DNA of 64,000 bases, from positions 71,796,001 through 71,860,000 of the forward strand of contig NC_043008.1 in NCBI RefSeq assembly GCF_006345805.1, in the 5' to 3' direction. Shown here piece by piece: positions 26,001-38,689 of the stretch. Every line of letters starts with the position of its first letter. Positions within the stretch are counted from its first letter, which is position 1. This stretch comes from Octopus sinensis (Eukaryota). Under the pieces are notes generated by a model that did not search any database, was not told the DNA's origin, and saw only the letters and a program-made list of their open reading frames with translations. Made by a program: the position numbers and the translations under genes.

Positions 26001-28375
26001 TTCTTAGCCGTTAAAAAATCAAACCAAAATTACGTTACCATAGAAATAACTTATGTAAAAAAAGAATACGCGTCATGGAAAGTAAACGTCATTTAAATTA
26101 TGAATGGAGAAATAGAAAAATGGAACTAAAAACTATATCCACGTGGCAAACCAACACTACTTAAAAAAATTTATTATGAATGGATTCTTTAAAAAACTAC
26201 CATGAAAAATCATTATATACATCTATGAGCCTTAGCTCACCTTAGCAGCTCTAACAAACAACTTGCAGTAACCCAAACCCATACTCTATGCCTACCTCAC
26301 TACTACACTATTCAATTCACAATTCCAAGCAACGCTAGTCCACACCCGGTTATTCACGTGGCAAAACGAACACCACTCAAAAATTATGAATGAAACAATG
26401 TAATAAAAACAACAACATCGAAAATAGACAAATTACCACGAATTCCCTAAAATAACCATGATAAACAAAACTCATAAAAACATATAACGATAAAATCTCC
26501 CTTTGCTAAACTCTATAACAAACCTATATAGTAATCCACCCTAAACCTAAACATTCACACACAAATACACACTCGTAAATCACAGACCCACGACTTATAC
26601 ACATACCTATCCTAATTTATAAACCTCAATATACACCAAAACCCACTCCCTCCCACACAGACAAATTAACACAAACATCCAAAACCTAAATAACAAACCC
26701 ATATACACATTCACACACAAACACACACACACACAAAAAACACACACACACAACAGATACATATACTCCCTCACATATACTCATATATATACTCACTAAA
26801 CTCGATATATACAACAATATTTACACACCCACACTCATACAGATAAATAAAATATACAACTAAAAACTCACACACAACCTCATATACATAAACACTCCTA
26901 TGAAAACAACATTAAATACATCGTAATTAACCAGAATATCAAAATAACAATATGACATAAGGATAAATAAAATACATACTACAAGTCAATTTCAAATAAT
27001 GAAGTGAAATTAAATTCTTAGCCGTTAAAAAAACCAAACCAAAATTACGTTACCATAGAAATAACTTATGTAAAAAAGAGAGAATACGCGCCATAGAAAT
27101 TAAACATCATTATGTTTAAATTATGAATGGAGAAATAGAATAAATGGAACTAAAAACTATATCCACGTAGCAAACCAACACTACGTAAAAAATTTATAAT
27201 GAATGGATTCTTTAAAAAACTACCATGAAAAATCATTTATACATTTATGAGCTTTAGCTCACCCTAGCAGCTCTAACAAACAACCTACAGCAACCCAAAT
27301 ATATTCCCGATGCCTACCTCACTACCACACTAATAATTCCCAATTCCAAGCAACGCTAGTCCACCACCGATTACATTCCCAACTCCACCCATCATTCACA
27401 ATTCAACGACATTCGCCTCCACAACGCTACATATAAGCCTCAACATATACACCGGAGATACACTTACACATCCGTGCGGATGGGTGAGAGTATACATTGA
27501 GTGTAGTGATGGGGCTCCCATACTATACACATTTGTACCTGTGTGGTAGTCTCCATGTGTATATTACGCACGGGTATAAATGCAGGGGGTACACGCGCAC
27601 GTCAGTTGCGTGTACCCCTCACATGTACATATACATGCTATTTGGGCTCGATATATACAACAATGTAATCGCGCCCGCATACATGCATATGGGCGAATTG
27701 CACAATCAAAAAACGCACACGTGTGTGTGTGCGTTCCCTGGTTGTGCAATTCACCCATCTGGGTGTGAGTGGGTGTAATCTTATCACTGTGGATGTCAAG
27801 CTTAATACGTATTTATATAAGTGTGTATTAGGGGGTTGTACGTATTAATTGTGTGCATGTGCTTCACGCACTTGCGTCCATATATAGATGAATATATTGG
27901 GATTACTATGTGGGTGTAAATTGGGTATAGAGGGGGGAATTATGTCATTGTATGGGTGTGGGTTTCATTTGTGATAGTAGTTAGTTGGTGATTTTTAGTA
28001 TGTTCTGTATATTTGGGTTAGTTATGTATTATTCTAGTGTGTATAATTGTATACATATAATTGGTGTGAATGGGATTACGCCCATTTTTGGGGATGTATG
28101 TGTTTATTTATCCATGTGGGGCGGGAGTGGCCGTTAGGTGTATATACCGAGGCTCACATGCAATTCCAGGTACAACGAATGAAGTGGGCACCTATATTTG
28201 TTATGGGTGTGTGTACTTTATTATAACAGACAATACCCAATAAAATCTGTCAATTCAACATACCAAATAAAAAACAAAAGGACTATTTATTAAAATTTTA
28301 TGTATTGATTAAGTCTTTCCTTGTTTGTTTTGCAAAATAGTGGTTTTGTCTCGAATAATATTTTATATATATATT
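23070..28375. mobile_element. Penelope-associated composite: inverted termini enclosing a G-poor tandem array
   Basis: ~23130-23222 is the reverse complement of ~28280-28370, with TA tracts outside both ends. Internal units start at ~23796, 24487, 25341 and 26350. Confidence 0.6.
23234..23276 (-). ncRNA. Minimal type I hammerhead ribozyme, fully canonical core
   Basis: CCAC-CTGAAGA-TTGTC-gatcaa-GACAA-GAA-ACGATTGT-A-GTGG: helix I 4 bp, helix II 5 bp, helix III self-complementary as a dimer, GUA triplet. Confidence 0.8.
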
Positions 28376-28393
28376 TATATATATGTATGTATG

Positions 28394-28426
<33 letters not shown>

Positions 28427-28475
28427 ATGTGTGTATGTATATATATATATATATATATGTATGTATATATATATA

Positions 28476-28517
<42 letters not shown>

Positions 28518-28926
28518 TGTATGTATGTATGTATGTATGTATGTATGTATGTATGTATGTATGTGTGTGTGTATGTGTGTGCCCATGATATGTATATAGG
28601 TACGTGTTTATCAAGTGCCGCATGAAAACCGTCTCTAAGTGAGGCTGGAAATTGACTATCAAAACCAAGACTAATTTATTAGTTAAATCGGATGAGTAGC
28701 ATCACATACATCGAATATGTTACAGTCGGCACCTTTGTAACACAAGCTCAAATACGTTAGAGGCAAAATATGCAGACACAATCCCAGATGCTGACAAAAG
28801 GTCGGTATTTTATATATAAGGGCAGATTTAAATACATGACAATTCCTAATTACACGCTTAAATTTCAATTTTTTTGGTGTATATCTCCTTTTTCAAACCG
28901 GAGATATATATTTCTATGAGTATATA

Positions 28927-28989
<63 letters not shown>

Positions 28990-29031
28990 TATATACATAT
29001 ATATATTTATATTTATATTTATATATATCTG

Positions 29032-29089
<58 letters not shown>

Positions 29090-29144
29090 TGGTTGATTGA
29101 TTCTAATTTCAGCTCACGAGCTGTGGCCATGCTGGGGCACCGCC

Positions 29145-29184
<40 letters not shown>

Positions 29185-30218
29185 TTAATAAATAAAATAT
29201 ATGCCTACATACATATATGTACGTACCTACATCTACATGTAAATATACATGCATATATAAATATATATACGTGAGTACAGGACACCACAAATAGACGTAG
29301 AACTCAACGAGAGACGAAAACGTAAAAGCAAACATGGAAACGGACCTTTTTAACAACGAAAAAACAGAGTACAAGACAAACAACAGAAGGAAAATTACCC
29401 TTCATCAGCTGTCCCCTGTTCGACTCCATGCGTGTTTCGAAGGTAAGGACAGAACACGACTTATATATTTACATACATTCATACATACATTTACATACAC
29501 GAAAGAATTAAATTAAATTCATTTGCAGAGGGGTAAAAACAAGGAAAGAAAAAAATGTAACAAAAACAGGACGTAAAAATAATACAAAAATACGAATAAA
29601 AAAAACAAATACAAAAAAAATACAGTACAAGAAATAAAAACAAACAGGAAAACAAACGATGAGGGCCTTTTTTTGGCCTAGACGAGCAAAAATTTGAGAG
29701 CGCAGGAAAAAAGCGTGTTCACTTATAAGAGGCCGCCAGTGTAAGAGAGATGAGGAGGAGTGAGAGAGAGAGAGAGAGATAGAAAGGAAAGGAAACCAGA
29801 AAGGGTGAAAAATAAGAAGGAGAGAGACAGGTAAAGAGGAAGACAGATAGGAAGGAAGAGAAGGTCAAGCAAAGGGTTATAGAGTTTCGCCTCATAATTA
29901 TATATAAAAAACATACATGGAGAACAGAAAGGAAACGACGCGAGGGCGCTCAGTCATGCAAATATTTAATAAATAAAATATATGCATACATACATACATG
30001 TACGTACCTACATCTACATGTATATATACATGCATATATAAATATATATATATACGTGAGTACAGGACACCACAAATAGACGTAGAACTCAACGAGAGAC
30101 GAAAACGTAAAAACAAACATGGAAACGGACCTTTTTTAACAACGACAAAACAGAGTACAAGACAAATGCATATATTTACATGACTGAGCGCCCTCGCGTC
30201 GTTTCCTTTCTGTTCTCC
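29185..30218. repeat. Duplicated ~200-bp terminal-repeat-like segment (29185-29385, 29960-30165); second copy bracketed by an exact 40-bp inverted repeat
   Basis: 29919-29958 is the reverse complement of 30179-30218. Confidence 0.7.
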
Positions 30219-30524
30219 TAGTAAGTTTTATATATATATATATAGATATGTGTATATATGTTTATATATATTTATATATATATATATTTATATATATATA
30301 TATCTATATATATATATACAAATATATGTATCTGTCACTTCTCTTAGTATACACACACCATATATATATATATATAAGCAATATGTAATGAGCGATTTAA
30401 ACACTTCAAATATGTTAAATATATTAAATGCATCAATTACAAAATATGTATATATGTTTACATACAAAACGAGAGAAAAGGAAAGATGGATACTTTCAGA
30501 TGATGAATTCAAATATATACATAC

Positions 30525-30593
<69 letters not shown>

Positions 30594-30804
30594 ATAAATG
30601 GTGGGGTTGTGTTGACCGCACGTGGAGAAATTATAGGCGAGGAAAATTTATAAAAAGGCAGAACGCTAAATTGAAGGTAAATTTTAATAAAAATGGGTGT
30701 ATGGAAAATTAAAAAAATTTTTTTTTAATATTAACTCTATCGGTTTTCATCGCAATTCAAATTTTCAAGAATATATATATATAAGTTAATCCTAACAAGA
30801 AAGC

Positions 30805-30990
30805 ACAAAAAAGCACAACAACGCGAGGACGTGGAACAAATATAGTATTATTGGACGCTCAGGAAAGAAGGAAAGAGGAGGGTTTAACGTTTCGAGCGGA
30901 GCTCCTCTTCGGAAGCATAGGAGAAGGAAAGATCCAGAGAAGGGAAGACAGAGGAAAAAAAATCGCCAGCGGTACACACACGCGGTCAAC
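30805..30990 (-). mobile_element. Penelope-type terminal repeat remnant (family P1) with degenerate hammerhead at 30882-30916
   Basis: CCGAAGA-G-GAGC-tcc-GCTC-GAA-ACGT-T-AAAC. Confidence 0.6.
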
Positions 30991-31005
30991 ATTATTATAT
31001 ATATA

Positions 31006-31041
<36 letters not shown>

Positions 31042-31958
31042 TGTGTGTGTGTGTGCCTCAGCATGGCCACAGCTCGTGAGCTGAAACTAGATAAAATAAA
31101 CTAAAATATATCTTTATAAATAGGTCCAACTTGCACAGAGTACCTACGACTGACAAATTTAAATGATGGAAGACATGTATTATGTGCAACAAGAGATTAG
31201 AGTGGCACGGCGATCCATAACAATGCTGGTAGATTTACTTCTTCACAAAATGCGGTCGTATTTAGTCCATCACAAAATAAGGTCGTAATTACTTCATCAC
31301 GAAATGTGGCCGCATTTAGCCTAGGATAAAACGAGCCTCGGTCGTCAAGGTAGAGAATATCTTACATTTCAGATCTTAACGCAGAGAATTTCAAACATTG
31401 AATGATTAAATGTGGAGATCTAAGTGTATTAGAGTGGGTACTAGGAGAGAGGGAATGATGAGAGGAGAAAAGATAGTTGAACCAGGGCGGGGTTAATTAT
31501 TATTATTGGTTTCATTGTCGTAGACACTGTCGATAATATTCTTCTTAAAGAATAAGAGATTCGGACTCTACAAGAGTATAGAGTAGTCAATGAGATAAAT
31601 GTAAAATTGTTTTTATTGTAATTGAAGATAAAAGCATTAACACAGACACACTCGCACACACACACACACACAGACACACACACACACACACACACCAACA
31701 CACATACACACTCACACACACGCACACACGCACACACACATATTAATGTGAACTGCTATTGCTTTCATGCCTTTGAAGCTAATAGTAGTATTTAAATCCT
31801 GTCCATATTTCATAATATTAATCTTCCACTGGGTTAAGAACGTCATTGTCGGGCCACCAATAACGCAGCACTATATTATGTATACATACATAAACATATG
31901 TGTGTGCGTGTGCATGTATATATATATATATTATATATATATATATATATATAATATA

Positions 31959-31990
<32 letters not shown>

Positions 31991-32444
31991 ATAAATATAT
32001 ATTTTTACATATGCGTATACGTATATGTCTATATGTGTTTATATATATACACATATACATTTGCGTGTGCATGTGTGTGTGAAAGAATGAGTGTGTGCGT
32101 GAGAGAGAGACTGTGATCTTTATTGTGTTCCTTTATCAAGAAATTCTCCCTCACATAAATGAGGTCCTTTCAGGTTAGACTTAAAATCTACCATCTCTAC
32201 AACGTTACCACGTATCATTGCTTTCCGGAAAACTCACTACACCCCCTCCAATTCCCAGATGGCAGTCAACAACTTGTATTAAGTTCTCATTTAAAACATA
32301 TAATCTTTTTCAAATTTGTATTGAATTCTCTTTCCCTGAATATTTCGTTGTCGTTTGCTCCTTTTAGAGTTGTTTTTTTCTGGTTTGTTTTCCTAACGAT
32401 GCTAAGCTTAAATCATGATATATTTTTGTTTTTTCCTCTTTCAG

Positions 32445-32815
32445 ACAGTGGTATGCGACTATGTTGGGGTTCCACCTTAAATTATTTTAATTGAAGGAAT
32501 CGATACGAATAATGTCATTTTAAGCCATGTAGATATTCCATCAGTTTCTTTTAAGCCGAACCAATTTACGGGGAAGTAAACGAACCAACACAAGCTGTCA
32601 AACTGTAGCAAGAGACGACTACACACGCGCGCGCGCATATGCACATATACGAATATATACATATACGACGGGGTTTCAGTTTCCGTAAACCATATCCAAT
32701 GAGGAGGCTTTGGTTACTTTGTGGCTACAGAAAAAGCATTCAGCCTAGTTGACTTGCAGTGAGACTGAAACGTGGACCATGCGGTTAGAAAGCACTCTTC
32801 CCACTGCGTATGCAT
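32445..32815 (-). mobile_element. Old SINE B copy
   Basis: Degenerate head, internal tract and tail in the correct order. Confidence 0.55.
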
Positions 32816-33869
32816 GTAAGAACATCTATAGTTGCTACAAACGTTTTTCGATAGGTATATCTAAAAAGCAGAGAGGAAAATATGATGCAACAAAGATCAC
32901 GTTAACAAAGACTGCAATCACAGGTGGAAGTAAGAATGGTGACTGAAATGATTATTTAAGTTGGAGGCGAGAAAGGAAGAATAAAAAAATTGTTTGACAA
33001 TTTGAGAAAGAAAGTGATTGTCTAATCAGCGACTCTAATTTAGAGGTCATTCGAACAATTCTTATGTCAACAATAATTTGTCATTATAATAGAATCTTGT
33101 CAGTAAAGGTTGGTTCTAAGTCGTCTGAAAGCAGGAAATATCTACAGAGTAAGTGGATATTAATGCGATGTAATTGTTGGTGAAAAGCGTACATACATAC
33201 ACACATACAAGCAGACATATACACTCGCACCCACGCATACGCACACACACGCGCATGCAACCACACATGTGCATACATATAGTCATATATATATAACTGC
33301 ATATATACATATGTATATATATATATATATATATGCACAAATACATTCACATATACATACATAATCACATACTTATATGTCCATATATATATATACCTAT
33401 ACATCTGCACGCATGCACACACACTTCACACTCACATACACACATAAACACACACACATGCTTTTATATATGGAGGGGCGTATAATGTTGAGGTTAGTTT
33501 TAATATATCAAAAACAGTATTAATTGGTAGTTAACATATTTCTGTGGTTGATCGTAACGTAGCCTTGATGAACTTACATATTACCGGCATTTGTTTATTT
33601 CAAGGCATACTTAGATTTCGTAACATAAAATATAAATTCATTAAAACGACAAGAAATATAGTAACGGCAGCTGTTTTAAGTGATGGCCTTATGAGGAACA
33701 ATCTCAAGCAAGAACTTCAATATACGGCAACAATAACTATATCTTTTCGAACTTTTAGATAAATTTTTGTAGTATATGGGTATTTCAAGAATACAAAATT
33801 CTATACAAGCATCCAGTAATGTATTAACCACACACAATCTTTATAAATATGCACCGGGTTCATTCCCAC

Positions 33870-34172
33870 TGCGTATCACCATGGCCAAGTGGCTTTTACA
33901 GTAGCCTCGGGCCGACCAATAGCTTGGTGTGGATTTGGTAGATGGAAATTAAAAGAAGACCGTCGTATGTGTGTTTGTGCGTGCTTGCCGCCCGACCTCG
34001 CTTGACAACCGGGCTTGGTGTGTTTACGTCCACGTAAAGTAGAGGCTTTGCAAGAGACCTGTAGAATGAGTACCAGACTTATAAAGAAAATAAGTACTGC
34101 GGTCAATTAGTTCTACTAAACATTCCTCATGGTGGTACCGCTGCATGGCTGCAGTCTAATGACTGAAACAAG
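33870..34172 (+). mobile_element. SINE B copy, head truncated
   Basis: GCCTCGGGCCGACC...CGCTTGACAACC...GACTGAAACAAG. Confidence 0.7.
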
Positions 34173-34255
34173 AACATGTGAGTGTGTGTGTGTGTGTGCG
34201 CGTATCCGTGTGTATGTATATATATATGTATAAATAAGTAAATATATATATATAT

Positions 34256-34299
<44 letters not shown>

Positions 34300-36448
34300 G
34301 TATACATCCCATATAGACACATACGTATATGCCCACACACACAAAGAAGAAACAACAATATGTGAGTGATCTTTACTTGTCTGCTCGCTATTTTCAACAT
34401 TGAGACACAATACAACGATTTCAGCTTAGGAAACGTATCCTTTAACTTTGTTTCTTTATAGGGAAAAATATCGAAACATCCACCTGTAAGACAGTTGTCT
34501 CAAAATTAACAGATCTTTCACTTTCATTGTCTTGAATAAATCGTGCATAGTCGAATTTGATGATTTTCAATCACTCCTTTGCTTTGACTTTTAAAGCTCA
34601 CTTTGTAAGGCGGAATATAGAGATAGTTTTGATCTCCTTATAATACTCAAATCAATAACATCAATAATGCCAAGCTTCAAATATGATGTGCTGATACATT
34701 TATGGGAAATATGAGGGACTGATTCTCTGGAGGACAAGGAATATGTGGTATGTTAGCAAAATAATTTCTAGTAAATGCGTTGGTAACAATGATGGCAACA
34801 AACAAGATATTTATGATTGCTATATTCTGTGTATTGTTGAGAGGATGATATAGAAATATATATATAACAGAGGCCCCAAACATGTTCACGGCTGAGAAGA
34901 GACGATTATTCCAAGACATCCAGTTGAAGGGTATTTATTTTATCGCCTCCAAAAGAATGAAGGACCAAGCTGACCTGAAAATGATTGAAGTGAAAACCTA
35001 AAGACGGTATTAAATGTCGCAACACATTAATTCTTTGATGTTCAACTGATGCTGCAAACCCATCTGGCCATAAGATATTATTTTCCTATCTACTCTTATC
35101 ATGGGATCTTGCCATCTTCAACACATACATATCTGTGGCTTTGACCAATCAAAGAACAAACGATTCTTCAAAATATCAATTGGTAACGCTCTACAATATA
35201 TGCTAAGATATACAAGTAATACTATTACGTATAAAATATTTAACAAATATATTTACAATATACAAGTCTACTATTTAAAATATGTAGTAGTAATAGATAT
35301 AAGCGTGTATATGCGTTTGAAAAGTATGACTGATATATCCCATATACGTTACATTGTGCGTGTGTTTGTGTGTGTGTTTGTGTGTGTATGTGTGTGTGTA
35401 TGTTGCGTTTGTGCATATATGCTTGTGTAATCATTATGTGTAACAGGCAATGTGTGGGTATATATGATGCAACATATACACGGATCATTTAAGTTTATAT
35501 ATTTATGTGTTTAAGGGGATGGCTGTGCCTCATGTGAGTATGTGTTTAAAGGAATCTTTCTGTACAATTGTGTATGTATGTATGTATTATGTATGTATTA
35601 TGTATATATGTAGTTATGTATGTATGTATGTATGTATGTATGTATGTATGTATGTATGTATGTATGTATGATTGCATGCATGTGACATATTTTTGGGCAA
35701 GTCGTATGTTTAATGGACCGAATGTGCAACATACATGAAACATATTGCGTATACACTATCGCACATTGAAATAAACGGTAACAAGTGTGTGTGTATTTGT
35801 ATATACACGCATATATACAAAGACATATAAAGACGTATTTATTCTAACAAATATACGTATTCGGGTATGTGATTGTATATGACTTGCTATATGTGCATCT
35901 ACATGCGTGTTTCCACAGTTGGTGAGTATGTGTATATGTGAAATATTACGTAACAATATGATATGTAGAATACATGAATATTCAGTGTGAGCATCGATTT
36001 TAGTGAATAGTTTAGCATTGTAGATAATTATGGTTAATGAACCTCTAATCTACAAACAATTATCTCTTATCTACTAACACGGACGTTATTGATTCTTGAC
36101 ATCCATCAGAATTGTTATTAAATATGTGTTCTGTATAAGGTCAAATGTTACGACAGTAGTCCCATGTTTGTTGTACCTGTCTACTGTCAACTATACGTTG
36201 TCGAGATAAGATAGCTGCGGTGTGGACAAGACACTGGATTACCAGCTCAGAAGTCAGTCCGTATCTATTACATGAAACTTTCCTTGTTCTGGAAGAATGT
36301 TTTGATCTATATATTATAGTTCTTAGTTTATGTTTACTGGCCGCCAAGAATGTGAGTATAGTGAAGGCATATTAACATCATACCTAGTAAGATAGGTTAT
36401 CACCCCGGCAAAACATTGAATTTTAAGAATGCTTCCTTAAATCCTCTT

Positions 36449-36541
<93 letters not shown>

Positions 36542-36654
36542 TAAATATATATATATGTGTGTGTGTGTGTGTGTTTGTGGCTGTTTGTGTGTGTTTGCGT
36601 GTGTGTGTATGTATGTATGCATATATCTATATATACATATACACATATAAACAT

Positions 36655-36715
<61 letters not shown>

Positions 36716-36867
36716 CATACATAGCATACATAAACAACAAAAATACCCTGGTTTTGGTGTTGAAATCAAAAATGAAGAGGCCTTGAATCTATGTAAGAAA
36801 CCGGCTTTTTCTCCATTGGCAAGGAATCTTGATATAAAACAGAACAATGACACACACACATATGTAT

Positions 36868-36992
36868 ATAGGCGCAGGAGCTGGGTTGGTTACCAACTAC
36901 TTAGTTCCGAGTTCAGTCCCACTGTGTAGCACCTTGGTCAACCAAAGCCTTGTGGGTAGTTTTGGTATACGGAAACTGAAAGAAGTCCGTCG

Positions 36993-37058
<66 letters not shown>

Positions 37059-37265
37059 TGTGTGTCTGTCTTTTGTGCCCCTACCATCACTTGACAACCG
37101 ATGTTAGTGTGTTTATGTACCCGTAACTAAGCAGTTCGACATAAGACACCGATAGGATAAATACTAGGCTTAGAAAGAATAAGTCCTGAGGTCAATTTTT
37201 CTACTAAAGGTAGTGTTCCAGCATGGTCGCAGTCAAACGACTGAAACCAATAAAAGAATAAAAGA
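36868..37265 (+). mobile_element. SINE B
   Basis: Full head TAGGCGCAGGAG, internal (TA)(TG) tract and tail. Confidence 0.85.
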
Positions 37266-37508
37266 AAGGTATAAAAGAATAATATATATAGGAAGATTGA
37301 TTTGAAAGGTAGAAAAAAAGAAATTGAAGAAGTTATAAGTGTATTTATGAGAAGTCTTAGGACAGCATTCAAATATACATATAAGATATACATATTTACA
37401 CACGGACACACTTTCTCTGTATTGGCATACTGGTCACTTTTATCCGTGTTCAAAGAGTAACTCCCCTATCTTCGAAGCTATTATGACAGCTATTTTGCGT
37501 TCAAGATT

Positions 37509-37539
<31 letters not shown>

Positions 37540-37547
37540 AGCAGCAA

Positions 37548-37587
<40 letters not shown>

Positions 37588-37917
37588 GTCATCGTCATCG
37601 TCATCATCATTCTTTCATTTACCTCATGTTTGTAAGTCGTCCAGCGTTATACAAAGCGCTGAACAAAATTATTATAAAGCTAAGTTGTAACCGGGTTTGG
37701 TATTCTAAATATTTGAACGCCATGCTGAGGTGTGGCCGCAGTCCAATGACTGAAGCTAGAATTAGATTACTTGATCAAAAATAGGCAGAGAAGTGAACAT
37801 CTAATTATAATCTTTAAAAAAATATTATAAATAATGGAATGTAAATGTAGATAACAGTAAAACGGCCAGATTAATCTTCACCTCAGTTAAAAAACCTGAT
37901 AATATTTGTAATGTAAT

Positions 37918-38520
37918 TAAGGCGGCGTACTGGCAGAATCATTTGCACGCCAAGCAAAAAGATTGGCGGCATTTCGTCCGTCTTTACGTTCTGAGTTAAA
38001 ATTCTGTCGATTTCGAGGTTGTCTTTCATCCTTTCGGGGTCGATAAGTACCAGTCGAGTACTGGGGTCAATATAACGGACTTAACCCATCCCCGGTATTT
38101 GCTGCCCCTGTGACAAAATTTAAAACTAATATCTGTAATGTCTCAAGATGAAGAAGTGGAGAAATGCTGCTGCGTGGCAACTTGGGCATGTGTCTTCTAC
38201 TATAGCCTCGGGTCGACCAAAGCCTTGTGAGTGTATTTGGTAGATCGAAACTGAAAGAAGCCCGTCGTATATATGTATATATATATGTGTGTGGGTGTGT
38301 GTGTGTGTGTTTGTGTCTGTGTTTGTCCCCCCCCCCAGCATCGCTTGACAACCGATGCTGGCATGTTTACGTCCCTGTAACTTAGCGGTTCAGCAAAATA
38401 GACCGATAGAATAAGTATTAGGCTTACAAACAATAAGTCCTGGGGTCTATTTGCTCGTCTAATGGTTGTGCTCCAGTATGGCCGCAGTCAAATGACTGAA
38501 ACAAGTAAAAGAGTAAAAGG
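37918..38520 (+). mobile_element. SINE A (37918-38135) followed by truncated SINE B (38150-38520)
   Basis: Similarity to the other copies in the window. Confidence 0.75.
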
Positions 38521-38689
38521 GTTAAGGGTCATATAACGGATTAAGTTGTTATCCTTACATAAATTTATAAATACATTCAACTGTTATTGAAGACGACATT
38601 GTTGGAACTCATTGCATTACTTACCAGTAAACTTTTTCAGTCTAGTACAGCAAAATACATGTCCTTAAAAGTTATTGCCATTCTCACGT

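Noticed and set aside
25341-26450. Array unit as a mitochondrial 16S NUMT (CCGGT..TCACGT..CAACATCGA..AATTAC..TCCC in the expected order)
   Set aside because: Spacing is far shorter than in 16S and no mitochondrial genes flank it. BLAST against octopod mtDNA would settle it.
23796-27370. Array as a CRISPR locus or hammerhead retrozyme array
   Set aside because: No repeat-spacer structure, eukaryotic context, and I found no hammerhead core inside the units.
34677-34919. Hydrophobic ORF as a GPCR fragment
   Set aside because: One hydrophobic stretch with no family motifs.
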